In this document: positions 52,403 to 64,000 of the stretch, piece by piece
How positions within the stretch are numbered: the first letter of the stretch is position 1
Layout: each line of letters opens with the position of its first letter
Origin: Octopus sinensis
Taxonomy: Eukaryota
Direction of reading: 5' to 3'
DNA: 64,000 nt
Assembly (NCBI RefSeq): GCF_006345805.1
Contig: NC_043006.1
Location: 37,014,001-37,078,000 of the forward strand
Position numbers and translations under genes: made by a program
Notes under the pieces: model-generated
What the model saw: only the letters and a program-made list of their open reading frames with translations
Database searches by the model: none
Told to the model about the DNA's origin: nothing

Positions 52403-53051
52403 GATGAAAGATAGACTCATCGCTGAACTATAAGTTTTCCAAGAACTGAGAGGCGTTTTTGTTATGGTGGAGGAGTGATCCACACATTTCCTTACGAGCA
52501 TAATAATCTTCCACTTGAAGCCTTTGAACAATCTGAAGTCGGTACGATTAGAGCTTTATCGCTCTCCGAAGCATCCACTGAATCAAGCTTTTGTTGATAC
52601 CAAGTTCCAGCGCAATCCTCCGGATGGACTTATCATGAATGTCTTTTCGCTTTCTGGATGGCTTTTTGCGAATGTCTGCTTCAGGAGTTCGGTGGTTTTA
52701 TCAATGTTGACAGTAGCAGGCCTTCCGCTGCATGGTTTGTCAAGAACAGAGCTTCTTTCGAGAAACTTATTATGGATAACATAAATTGTGCTACGCGTTG
52801 GAGCAGTGTGACGGCTATTAACCCTCTCAAACTTGCGATGAACTGCAGTAGGGGACTGAAAAACTTCTTGCCACGTGGCAATTTTGCAACGCTGCTCTAA
52901 CGTCAATTGGCGAGCCATTGGCAAGGAAATGATATACTTACAGAAACTGCAAAGCCTAAGGTGTCAAATGTCGATGGCCTCACGTTTCTCCGGATGATAC
53001 CTGAAACGAAATAGAAAAAAGAAAGCGTATAGTGACTTTTGGGACACCCTG
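52403..53051 (-). mobile_element. Truncated Tc1/mariner-superfamily element with DUF4817-type HTH
   Basis: TIR cagggtgtcccaaaaagtc after TA at 53052-53; LTLEQRCKIA..PTRSTIYVIHNKFLERSSVLDKPCSGRP, then KSIRRIALELGINKS..FSDESIFH; cut at 52402 by a SINE. Confidence 0.85.
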
Positions 53052-54124
53052 TATTGATCAAATATTTGTGTTGTACGTAAGCTCACTTCCTCCAACAAAT
53101 CGACGTTGTCTGTACAAACGCACGATGTGCAACACGTCAGATGTCGAAGTGAGCACATAAAAACGTGAAATGAATTGTTTTGATCAATAACACAATGTAC
53201 AGCCCCGTCTAGGAATTGAAACCATGATCTTGCGAGTGACTCTTTAACCACTAAGCTACGTGTCCTCACTTGTGGCAGTAGCTAGTAACAAAAGTTCTTG
53301 TTCGGCATCAGGTGAGCACTGCTCTAGCAGACCTATGCTTAAAGACTTTCCAATCGTGACTGTTCCTACTTTTTAATGATAACTAGGACTTCATTTCCCA
53401 ATGTGATCTTTTCCCTTTTTTTAGCATAGCCCTTCACTTGTTATAAGCAAGTTCGAATCAGTTTTACAAAATAGTTAGGTGTGAGTTGAGGGAGGTTAGG
53501 CTGGTATTGCTAGCAAGTCAAGAGGTCGTATTGAGACCGCCTTCTTTGTGTAGTATAGGTACTAGTAGTTGTAGTAGTAATAGCAGCAGCAGTAGTAGTT
53601 GTAGTAGTAGTTGTAGTAGTTGTAGTAATTGTAGTAGATGACTGAAACGGCACGCTGCTGAATGAGCAGTGATTGTACTCCAAAGAAGGATACAAAAACG
53701 AAAAAAAATGAAGGGAAACACGTATTCATACGCGCGCTTACGTACACACACATGTTTACCACGTTAATCGCTAATCCGCTTTAAACTTGAACTAGGAAGC
53801 TTCCCTCGCTATACTAATAATAATAACGAAAAAAAAAAACAGAAATAAAGCGAAAACTAAATAAAACAACGAATTCCGATTAAAAAACAAACATCTTCTT
53901 AGCTTTTGTTATTGAAGTGAATCTATTTCTTCGAAAAGGGTGGGGGTGGGGGCAGAGAGATTGTAAAGCTAAATAGTGGGGGCGGAGGGTCCAACCTTCT
54001 GTGATTACATATCGTGTTTGATATCATATAAGACGCACTTTTTCTCAAAAAGGAAAGAAATATGTCTCGGCGAAATCATTCTGGGCTCTATATACGAACT
54101 TGGGTCGCCCATACGAGCGTGGCT

Positions 54125-54485
54125 TATCTTTTATCAGTAACTTGTTTCAGTCATTTGATCTCGGCCACGCTGTGGCACCATCTTTTAGTGGAACGAATCG
54201 ACCCCGGTATTTATTCTGTCGATCTCTTTTACCGAACCGCGAGGTTTTGGGGATGTTAACATACCAACAGCAGTTGACAAACGGTGTTGGGGCACACACA
54301 TGTCTGTCTGTCTATCTATATCTACGACGGGCTTCTTTCATCTTCTATCTACCAAATTCAGTCACAAGGTTTTGATCGACCCGAGGCTATAGGAGAGGAC
54401 ACTTGCCCATGGTACTATGCAGTTGGACTGAACCTGGAACCAGGTGGCTGGGGAGCAAGCTTCTTACCAGACAGTCACGCCTGTA
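54125..54485 (-). mobile_element. SINE family A, decayed
   Basis: Recognisable tail, body and head. Confidence 0.82.
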
Positions 54486-54559
54486 CTGCTAACCTCCTTA
54501 TACCGTAATGTTTTCAGTTATAGTTAAGGTTTCCGAATATGCTACTGCTAGACTGCTTT

Positions 54560-55151
54560 CAATTTTACATGCTTTTATATACTAAAACCTTAATTTGCCC
54601 TGAGCAATGCACTGCTGGAATCTGGGTGCGTCTAATATGTGCATCATGCGTCTTTGATTCCATCAAATACGGTCTAGTGTCAGTGCATTCAGGAAGCAAA
54701 TAACTGGGGGTGGGTACAGTTGTGAGGTTTTTAAGGAGTCCCGGGTTACTAATGGAGAACATATGAAACGCTGCGAGTTTTTAAGTGACACGCAATGGAT
54801 TAAAAGAAAACGAAAGAAAAAAGAAATTAAGTCTGGTTAAGAAGCTCGCTTTGCAACCACGTGCTTTCGAGTTCAGTCTCATTGCACGCCACCTTCGGCA
54901 AGGGTTTTCGACTATAACCTTGAAACAACCAGTACCTTGCGGGTAAATTCGGGAGAACCTGAGATAGCATGAAAGACCCCTCTACCACCAACAAATGTCT
55001 TTAAAAAATCATTCCGGATCCTAAACACGCAATTGGGTCTACATTATATGCTACAATGCACTAAAAACCATTTTTCTTTCTGAATATGTATTGCTGAACT
55101 TGGGGTGCGTCTAATCCGCCTGTGCGTCTATTAAACATCGTCAAATACGGT
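54560..55151. mobile_element. Two pogo-like terminal remnants (gggtgcgtctaat..tgcgtct..aaatacgg)
   Basis: Similar ends at ~54620-54672 and ~55100-55151. Confidence 0.35.
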
Positions 55152-55179
55152 ACTTATTTCGCTTACTACTAATTCAAAA

Positions 55180-55325
55180 GCTGGTATGGTTGTGTAGTTA
55201 TGAAGCTTACTTTTCAACCATGTGGTCTTGAGTTCGGTCACAATGCGCGGCATCATGGGCAAATGCCTTATACTTTAACCCCGGATAGACCAAAGCCTTG
55301 TGAGTATATATACAAGTGTGTGTGC

Positions 55326-55422
<97 letters not shown>

Positions 55423-56305
55423 TCTCCCACCACTATTTGACATGCGCTTTGGTTTATCTACGTCCTCGTATCTAATCGGTTCCTTAAAAATAAGTATAGA
55501 AGCCGATTGTTCAGTTAAACCCTTCAAGGCAGTGCTCCAGCATGGCCGCTATCCAATGACTGATAAAAGGTAAAAGATTTACGGCGATCGTAAGCTCTAG
55601 AGGACTGGTCAGAAAAAATGGTCAGACTTGGCCGTGCATCTTCACATATATGCGCAGGAGATGACATTTTTAAAGATAGACTAACAACTGTCCAATGCTT
55701 ATAAGATTTCGGTTGATACAACCTGGCATCAGAGTCACCGCAGGATTTGCTGTAATAACGCAAAGAGTCGGAACAGATGCCACAAGACATTCTACAGTCG
55801 GCACGGGCAACCTTCTTCGAGAAGCGGACCGCATAAAACGTGGCTTATCATCGGGCGAGCCTCACTACGAAAAAAAAATTCAAGGTAATTCCCCCCCCCC
55901 CGCATTGAAAACTTAAGGCGGCGAGCTGGCAGAAACATTAACACGCCGGGCGAAATGCGTAGCCGTATTTCGTCTGCCGTTACGTTCTGAGTTCAAATTC
56001 CGCCGAGGTCGACTTTGCCTTTCATCTTTTCGGGTTCGATTAAATAAGTACCAGTTACGCACAGGGGTCGATATAATCGACTTAATCCGTTTGTCTGTCC
56101 CTGTTTGTCCTCTCTGTGTTTTGTGTGGGTAGTAAAGAAATAGGTATTTCATCTGTCTTTACGTTCTGCGTTCAAATTCCGCCGAAGTCGACGTCGCATT
56201 TCATCCTTTCGAGGTCGATAAATTAAATACCAGTTGCATGCTGGGGTCGATCTAATCGACTGGCCCCCTCCCACCAAAATTTCGGGCCTTGTTCCTTGAG
56301 TAGAA
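55180..56305 (+). mobile_element. Family A SINE (55180-55580) and tandem family B SINEs (55916-56142, 56143-56305)
   Basis: Match to other copies. Confidence 0.87.
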
Positions 56306-56569
56306 AAGAATTTTTCATTGAACTTGTTATGTAGAAAGTCCTGCGGACCGCAGGTTGCTCATGACTGTTCAACAGTTCCATCAATCCATCTCTCGGGATC
56401 AGTACTCTTTATCGACCCCGAAAGAATGGGATGGGGTGTGAAATAATCTTGCCAAGATTTGAACTCAGAGTACAATAATAGAATACCGCGATATCCTTTA
56501 GGAAGCTGTTTTTTTTTATAATTTGTTATTTCACATTTAACAGTTATGTCTTACTTATTATTTTGTCAG

Positions 56570-56646
56570 ACAGGATCCAGATAGAACCACTTTTGGAGTT
56601 AGTGTATCAGATGGCTTCAATGCGGCTCTACCGAGAGGAATAAACA
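56570..56646 (+). CDS. Candidate isolated exon of an unidentified host gene
   Basis: Unique sequence between ttattattttgtcag and gtaagt; one frame reads QDPDRTTFGVSVSDGFNAALPRGIN; no homology recognised. Confidence 0.3.
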
Positions 56647-57699
56647 GTAAGTTGACCCGCGATGGGCTTTCAACTGAGAACACAAAAAGAACGTAGCGTT
56701 CTACTGACTGTCACCTCCATTGAACTACACTATTAGAAATTATAGTTTCTGACTTAGGCAGAAGACAAGCAATTTTGAAAAGAGCGGCTAGTTGGTACTA
56801 TCAACCCACTACTTGGCTGGTGCTTTATTTTATCGATGCCAAAAGGATGAAAGCAAAGTTGACCACGAAGTGATTTAAGCTTTGAATGTCATCTAATGAT
56901 TCTGGCAGTTCACTGTCTTAAAAAGGAAAAAAATTGTTTCTAATTTAGACAAAAAAAAAAAAAAAAGAAAATTAAAAAAAACTAGTAGTTTTGAGGGGAT
57001 AGGTTTTGTCGATATCATCGATGCTAGTATTTGACTGGTATTTTACTTTATCGTCTTAGAAAGATAAAAGGCAAAATCAGCCTTGGCAGTGTTTGAACTC
57101 AGAACGCGAAGCCGGAAGAAATGCCGCTAAGCATTTTGCCCGACGCTCTAACGATCGTGCCAGTTAGACGCCTTGAGAACGGGGAAATAATTCTTTCCAC
57201 TATAGGCTCAAAGCCTGAAAAAGGATGTTAGTCGATGGAATCGACTACTCGACTAATACTTATTTCATCGACCCCAAAAAGATCGAAGGCAAAGTCGACA
57301 TCGACGGAATTTGAACTCACAACGTAAGGACGGACGAAATGCCGTTAAGTATTTTGTCCGGCATGCTAACGATTCTGCCAGGTCCGCTGCCTTTAGAACG
57401 TGGAAATAACAATAACAGATCAACTTCAGCCAAGGAAAGAGCTTCAAATGTCAATCGGACGGCTAGAAAGAGCAGCCAAATCTTTCTCAAATCATATATC
57501 CTATCTATCGTCTTATAAGCGGAAGGGCACATTGATTACTGCAATCCACGGAAAGAAGGGTTGGTCGCGGTTGGTATACTTTTGATTGTAGGCTGACCTT
57601 GGGCTAAAAAAGCAATAGTAACAAACCGCAATAGTAGCTGCAATGGCAACAACAACAACAAAATGCAGGAGCTAATGTGGGAGTCTCTACATGGTTGGT

Positions 57700-58280
57700 T
57701 GACTTGCTAGAAATATCAACCAAATCTCTATCAAAACGTACCCTACCGTCTTTAAAAATACGTTGGATAATGGTTTTATAGTATTTATGACAGGAATACT
57801 TTTGATCGAGGCTTTGCTCAGTCAGGACTGACCTGGGGTTAAACAATAACAGCAATAAACAACTACAAAAATGTCCGCAACAACAGAGCCTTTATATTTG
57901 CAGCGACAGATGCTGCACAATAGCTACGGTAGTTGCACCAACAAGTGCAGTAGAAGCAGCTAATTGCATGAACAATCCCGACATCAGTAGCAACAACAAT
58001 AATAACAACGACAACAACATTACAATCATATCAGAAACAGCAGTAACATCGATAACAACAAACGAATCGAGGAAGGGTCGTATGTGTGGCTGCTCAACCC
58101 TGTTAGAAATAGAAGCCAAATCTCCCTCAGGGCTCACCTTACAATCTTAAAGAGATGAATGGAATCTTAAAGAGATGAATGGAAGGGCTCGAACACTATT
58201 CTTGAAAAAGAAGGGACGGTCATGTGTAGATCGCTTTCGATCATTTGACATGTTCTAACAGGCCTGACTTGGGGTTAAAG
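57700..58280 (+). repeat. Old abundant dispersed repeat (ctagaaat..caaatctc..ccctaccgtctt..agacct..ggggttaaa); other copies near 430-500, 1000-1230, 3050-3570, 24900, 61860, 62780, 63570
   Basis: Many diverged fragments in both orientations; class not determined. Confidence 0.65.
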
Positions 58281-58536
58281 AACCGTAACGACGACGACAA
58301 TGACGATGTCAGTGATAACACATTTACAGTAGCAGATGTAATTACAACAACAACAACAACAACAGCGTTAGAAGCGTCATCAACATCCGGAACATCTGTG
58401 TATTTCATGAGACTAAGGATTTCCGCATAGAAAGTCCCTTCGCAAATCGTAGGCCCTGGACAATTTTTTTTATTATAAAAGCTCATCAGTTGCTCCTTTA
58501 TGCAAGTCTCTTCACTTCCTGCCTTCAGTTCTGGCC

Positions 58537-58569
<33 letters not shown>

Positions 58570-58937
58570 ATATATATATTATTATATATATATATATTAT
58601 ATTGTGTGTGTGTGTATATCTGTGTGTATTTGTGTTTGTCCCTCCACCATCGCTTGACAACCGATGTTGGTGTGTTTACATCCCCGTAACAGTTTGACAT
58701 CGGTATTATTGCAGGCGTTGCTATCAAAATAGTAAAAGCCTAAACAAAGATCCTTTCTCCAATAGACACAAGGCCTGAAATTTTAAGACAAGGTTCTTAA
58801 TCACTTGTTGCTGTTCAGAATCCCTTTGATTCCTATTTTGGTCGAGTGAACCTTCACAAACTTTCTAGGGTTAGGGAACTCCTTTAATATTTTTTATAGT
58901 TAGATATTATTAAAGATTTTATAAAAATGATTATTAA

Positions 58938-59401
58938 TAGGCGCAGGAGTGGCTGTGTGATAAGCAGCTTGCTTACCAACTACATGGTTCCAGGTTCAGT
59001 CCCACTGCTTGGCACCTTGGGCAAGTGTCTTCTACTATAGCCTCGGGCCAACAAAAGCCTTGTGAGTGGATTCGGTAGACGGAAACTGAAAGAAGCCCAT
59101 CTGATACGATCAACGGAAAAGCTTGCTCGTGAAATTAGACACGTGTACCCTTAACGGGGTTCACAATGTGTGACAAGGCTGGCCCTTTTGAAATACAGGT
59201 ACTACTCATTTTTGCCAGCTGAGTGGACTGGAGCAACTTGAAATAAAGTGTCTTGCTCAAGGACACAAAACATCACCGGGAATTGAACTTACGACTTTAT
59301 GATCGTGAGCCGAATGCCCTAACCACTAAGCCACGCGCCTTCACACGCACACACACACACACGCACATACATATATATATGTATATATATATATATATAT
59401 A

Positions 59402-59448
<47 letters not shown>

Positions 59449-59910
59449 TTATGTTTGCCCCTGCCACCATCGCTTGGCAACCGATGCTGGTGTGTTTACG
59501 TCCCCGTAACTTAGCTGTTCGACAAAAGGGAGTCCGATAGAATAAGTACTAGGCTCACAAAGAATAAAACCCCAGGACTTATTATTTGTAAGCCTAATAT
59601 TCTATCTGTCTCTTTTGCCGAACCCCAGAGCGTAACTGGTAATCAACCCTGAACGGATGAAAGGTAAAGTTGACCTCGGTGGATTTTGAACTCAGAACGT
59701 AACGGCAGGCGAACGAGTTAAACACATACACACACACAAATACATATATAAACATATATACGACGGGCTTCTTTCAGTTCCGTCACAAGGCTTTGGTCGG
59801 CCCGAGGCTATAGTAGAAGATGCTTGCCCAAGGTGCCACGCAGTGGGACTGAACCCAGAACCATGTGGTTCGTAAACAGGTTACTTACCACACAGCCACT
59901 CCTACGCCTA
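58938..59910. mobile_element. Nested SINE cluster (A head +, C -, A tail +, B fragment -, A head -)
   Basis: Diagnostic blocks of all three families. Confidence 0.82.
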
Positions 59911-60152
59911 TCTATTACTCATAAAATTTAACAGCAAAATCTTATGGGCCTCGATTGAGATCCTCTGGGCTTGTCGATTACATCGACCCCAGTGCTCAAA
60001 TGGGACTTATTTCTTGAACTCCAAAAAGGACAAAAGGCAAAAATCGACTGAGGTGGAATTTGCACTTAGAATGTAAAGACAAACAAAACGTTGCTAAGTA
60101 TTTTTGTCCGGCGCGCTAACAATTCTGCCAGTTCACAGATTTAACAAATATT

Positions 60153-60333
60153 CATTTCTTTATTGCCCACAGGGGGATAAACATAGAGGGGACAAACAAG
60201 GACAGACAAAGGGATTAAGTCGATTACATCGACCCCAGTACGTAACTGGTATTTTTTTTAATCGACCCCGAAAGGATGAAAGGCAAAGTTGACCTCGGCG
60301 GAATTTGAACTCAGAACGTAACGGCAGGCGAAC
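60153..60333 (-). mobile_element. 5'-truncated family B SINE with 15-bp TSD
   Basis: gatttaacaaatatt at 60138-60152 and 60334-60348. Confidence 0.9.
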
Positions 60334-62170
60334 GATTTAACAAATATTGCAAGGCATCTTGTTCAACGCCAATCCATCGGCCTGGAGGGTCTGGTATTTT
60401 ATCTTTTGACCCTGAAATGATGAGAAATAAATCTGACCTCAGTGGAATTTAAATACCAGAGAACAAAGAACAGTCAGTTTTCAGTGATGTTGCAGTTGTT
60501 ACTGCTGCTGCTGCTGCTACTGCTGCTGCTGTAGACTGAAAATGTAACCGATGGAAGAAGTTTTGTTGCAGAGCATGCCGGGAGATTCCGAAACACGAAA
60601 TGTGTGCGCGCAACTAGACACACACACACACATTCACTTACTTACACACACATATATAGACACAAATACACACACACATATTTACTCACACAAACACACA
60701 TTCACTCACACACGCACACACACAAGTGTGGGCTGGTATTTTATCTTTCGACCCCGAAATTATAAAAAAAGCAAAATTAATCTCAGTGAATTTAAATCTC
60801 AGAGTACAAGTACAGTCAGAATCGTTAGCACTCCAGACAAAATGTTTAGCAGCAGTTCAGATTCTGCTGAGGTCGATTTTGCGTTTCATCCCTTTCAGGG
60901 TCGATAATATAAAGTACCAGTTGGACCCTGGGGTCGATGTATTCGGATTACTCTCTTCCCCGAAATTTCTGGCACTGTGTCAAAATTTGAAATCAATATG
61001 ATTATATATTCTGTTCATGATGGCTGGCCATAAACGGTCAAGCTTGGCCGTACATCGTCAGACTCACTCCCGGCCTCATCACCCTGGGCCCAACGCGACA
61101 TCGAGGACATAACTGCTGGAAGGTAAAAGAACCCCTTCAGCACCCTACGTGGTACTGATTTACAGCAGACTGGAGTAAATTGAAATGAGAAGCCTAAATC
61201 AAGGACGCAACGCGCTGCAGGCCCTGATATTGAAGCCACGAACTTACAACCACTAAACTATGCGCCTTCACTTGTACCACTACCATAAGCCATTCTGTCT
61301 GATGTTTTCTCAGCTCTACTAATTCCTCAACAGCAGCAGCTCCAACAACAACAGCAGAAGCTAAATGTCTGTAGCCAGAATCCGCTGCAATATTTGCAGC
61401 AGAAACTTCAATTGTATTACACTCGCAGCAGCAGCAGCAGTTATAGTCGTCGTCGTCGTCGTAGTAGTAGTAGTAGTAATAGTGGTAGTAGTAGTAGTAG
61501 TTATACGATTGCTATACCATTGCAGCTATATGCTGCTTCAACTGTCGCTGTTGCTGTTATTGTTAGCGTTGTGTAACTTGGGCCAGTTCTGATCCAATCG
61601 ACCTTATGGTCAAAGGTGTTGCAGCAGTATCGAACGCGGAACCCGGCTCTTCCCGCTATGTACTGGGAACCCACGGCAGCCTCATCGAAAGCATCTTTTT
61701 CTAAGATGGAGAGAAGTGGTTTGCATTGGCATTGTTTGTAGTAGTTATTGTTGGTGTTGTCTAGCTCCAAATTAGATCCGAACCTACAGAATTATGATCA
61801 AAACTTTCCAGATATGACCATCGAGTTTAAATTTAAGAAGTATGAAACTGGGACCACCATAATGCAAGACGGTAGGATGTAATTTGAATGAGATTTGACT
61901 GTTATTTCTAACAGATCGCACGGCCACGTACAAGTTTGCTCGTTAGCTGTCGAGTGTGTTGCTTGTGTTCTTAATTATTCAAATAGGACCTATGACTTAA
62001 AACAAACCAGCGCGACCATCCTATCTTTTTGGACTTCACAGACCCAATGTATCTAGGATCATATTATCTAATATTTCTTTCCTTGAGCTGTAGGGTGTTG
62101 TTGGCTTCTATTTCTAGCAAATTCGGTTCCATATAACGGCTTCCATTACTGTTGTTGCTGTGATTGCTTC

Positions 62171-62225
<55 letters not shown>

Positions 62226-63011
62226 GCTGCTGCTGCTGTTGGTGTTGTTGCTTGTGGTTTTATATATTGTTATTGTTGTTGATGTGCTCTGTTATGTATG
62301 TCCTGTAGTTTAGTTTTCAACAATTCCAAGGTTTGGCTGCTATCTTTAGCCGGTCGTTCAACCACCGTCACTGGTTCGTGTTCTTGTCATCTCATTACCA
62401 ATGTTCATGTAGTTGTTGTTATTATTTTTACAATTGTTATTACCACTACTGTTGTTGTTTAGCCCCGGTCAGCTCTGATGGAATAAACTTATCAAAAGAC
62501 ATTCCACCTGTGGCCACCACATTTTTTCTTGTGAGATCATGCATCAGACACAAAGCAGTAACGCAGCTGGAGACGGGAAAATCCAAACCTTTCCTCGGAT
62601 GACGCTTTTATGGGGCCAGCACCTTTGGATTGCTGTATAAGCTTGTATAGGATTGGGGGTCTGGCTGAGGGCGGAAGGGTAAAATTCAAGGGCTGCCCCG
62701 GGAGGGCACACACTTTAGTCGCACCGCAGCATCAAAGGCTACATTATCCAATGTGTCATTCTTTTTCTAAAACAGAAAAGTAAGGCTTGAAGAAGATTTA
62801 GATGCTATTTTTAGCACGTCCAATGACTAAATTGAGATAGAGACTTCCTTGTTATTATATTATTGTTGTTGCTGTTGTCACTAATAATGTTTTTGAGCAT
62901 CAACTCAGCCTGAATCCAGAGCACCTGTAATGAAAAACATCGCAGCCCTGACTCTCCCATCTTTTTGTATATCTAATACTATATTATTCTCAGTGGTCCC
63001 TTCCTTCCATC

Positions 63012-63107
<96 letters not shown>

Positions 63108-63144
63108 CTCTGCCTAGTACTTTTTTTTTGGGTGGGGGGTCACA

Positions 63145-63460
63145 GAGATAGAGTTCTCTGGCACCATCTACACAAGGTCCTATCGAAAACAACAACCATT
63201 AAACTTCTGGCCAGATTCCCAAGCTTTGACCAACTAAGACATTGGCTATCATCCAACCATCTCGTTCTTGGTCTCTACCCCTAGGCTTCGTACCGGTTGA
63301 CTCGGCTTGATGAATCCGTCTTGCGATTCTTTCTAACCACATGTCCGTAATACGAGACCTGTGTGCAGAAGTAGTGGCTTGATCTGAGGAAACTCCTTGA
63401 TCTCCTAGCTATGCACCCGTCCGAACATGAACTCTACGCCTCAACAATGAATGACGACAA
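63145..63460 (-). mobile_element. RTE-like LINE 3' remnant
   Basis: Decayed YYGHVVRK..RPRTRWLD motifs. Confidence 0.6.
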
Positions 63461-63543
63461 CAGCAGCGGCCTCCGCACTAACCGACGCGCTTTACTTCCC
63501 AGTGGGGCATTTGTCAAATTTGAAGGCTGGCTATTTGGGTCTC

Positions 63544-64000
63544 AGAACTTCCTTTTTGTTTAAGGCATGTGGCTGTATTTGGAAGAGGATTTGACTGTTA
63601 TTTCTCGCAAAAAAGTGCATCCATGTAGAAGCTGCTTCGCTGATGTCTACTGCTGGTTCTGGTGGTGGTGGTGGTGGTGCTGCTGCTGCTGTTGGTTCTG
63701 GTGCATTACTTTGCTTGCTAGAACCTTAGGGTCACTCGTCACATGTGGTCAGCATTCATGAGGGACGTTGGTCAGAGCCGGCTCGACCTACCCCGGGTGG
63801 ATGCCACCGCAGGTACAGGTAGATATGCACCTTGTCAAGTAACATTAATTCAGAGGGACCCCATTTTCACTGCTTGTATTCGCGATAGAACTTCCTTTTT
63901 GTTTAAGGCACGTGGCTGTAATTGGAAGAGGATTTGACTGTTATTTCTCGCAGAAAAGTGCATCCATGTAGAAGCTGCTTCGCTGATGTCTACTGCTGGT
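63544..64000 (+). repeat. 114-bp direct repeat at 343-bp spacing, running off the window
   Basis: 63544-63657 vs 63887-64000, about 3 mismatches. Confidence 0.9.

Noticed and set aside
58143-58182. 20-bp tandem duplication
   Set aside because: Ordinary slippage within an old repeat.
61630-61710. Minus-strand exon candidate KDAFDEAAVGSQYIAGRAGFR
   Set aside because: Good acceptor but no clear donor; runs into a dispersed repeat.
63700-63790. Hammerhead in the 343-bp unit (GTGACGA..hairpin on minus)
   Set aside because: No GAAA or NUH in register.

Overview
Repeat-saturated animal genomic DNA, intronic or intergenic, with a 100-N gap at 47712-47811. The tRNA-derived SINE families and extreme microsatellite load point to an octopus or other coleoid cephalopod (inference from recalled repeat sequences, not a database search). 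No host gene is recognisable; most listed ORFs are microsatellite translations. Protein-coding potential is limited to decayed transposons: a 5'-truncated R4/Dong-clade retrotransposon (RT + CCHC + restriction-like endonuclease) stacked with other elements in a (TAA)n tract, several mariner/Tc1 derivatives, a hAT MITE, and CR1-, RTE-, piggyBac- and pogo-like remnants. The main discovery is a hammerhead-ribozyme (HHR) cluster at 38761-40212. It contains a 358-bp GC-rich tandem monomer with one type I HHR per unit (three copies, arranged as a fold-back inside a (TA)n tract), i.e. a candidate non-LTR retrozyme able to make a ~358-nt circular RNA. Immediately upstream is a tRNA-headed SINE carrying a Penelope-type minimal HHR. 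Several further degenerate HHR-like tails and a 517-bp palindrome centred on an HHR cleavage-site motif lie elsewhere in the window. SINE and remnant boundaries are read by eye and approximate to about 10 bp; SINE family labels A/B/C are mine.
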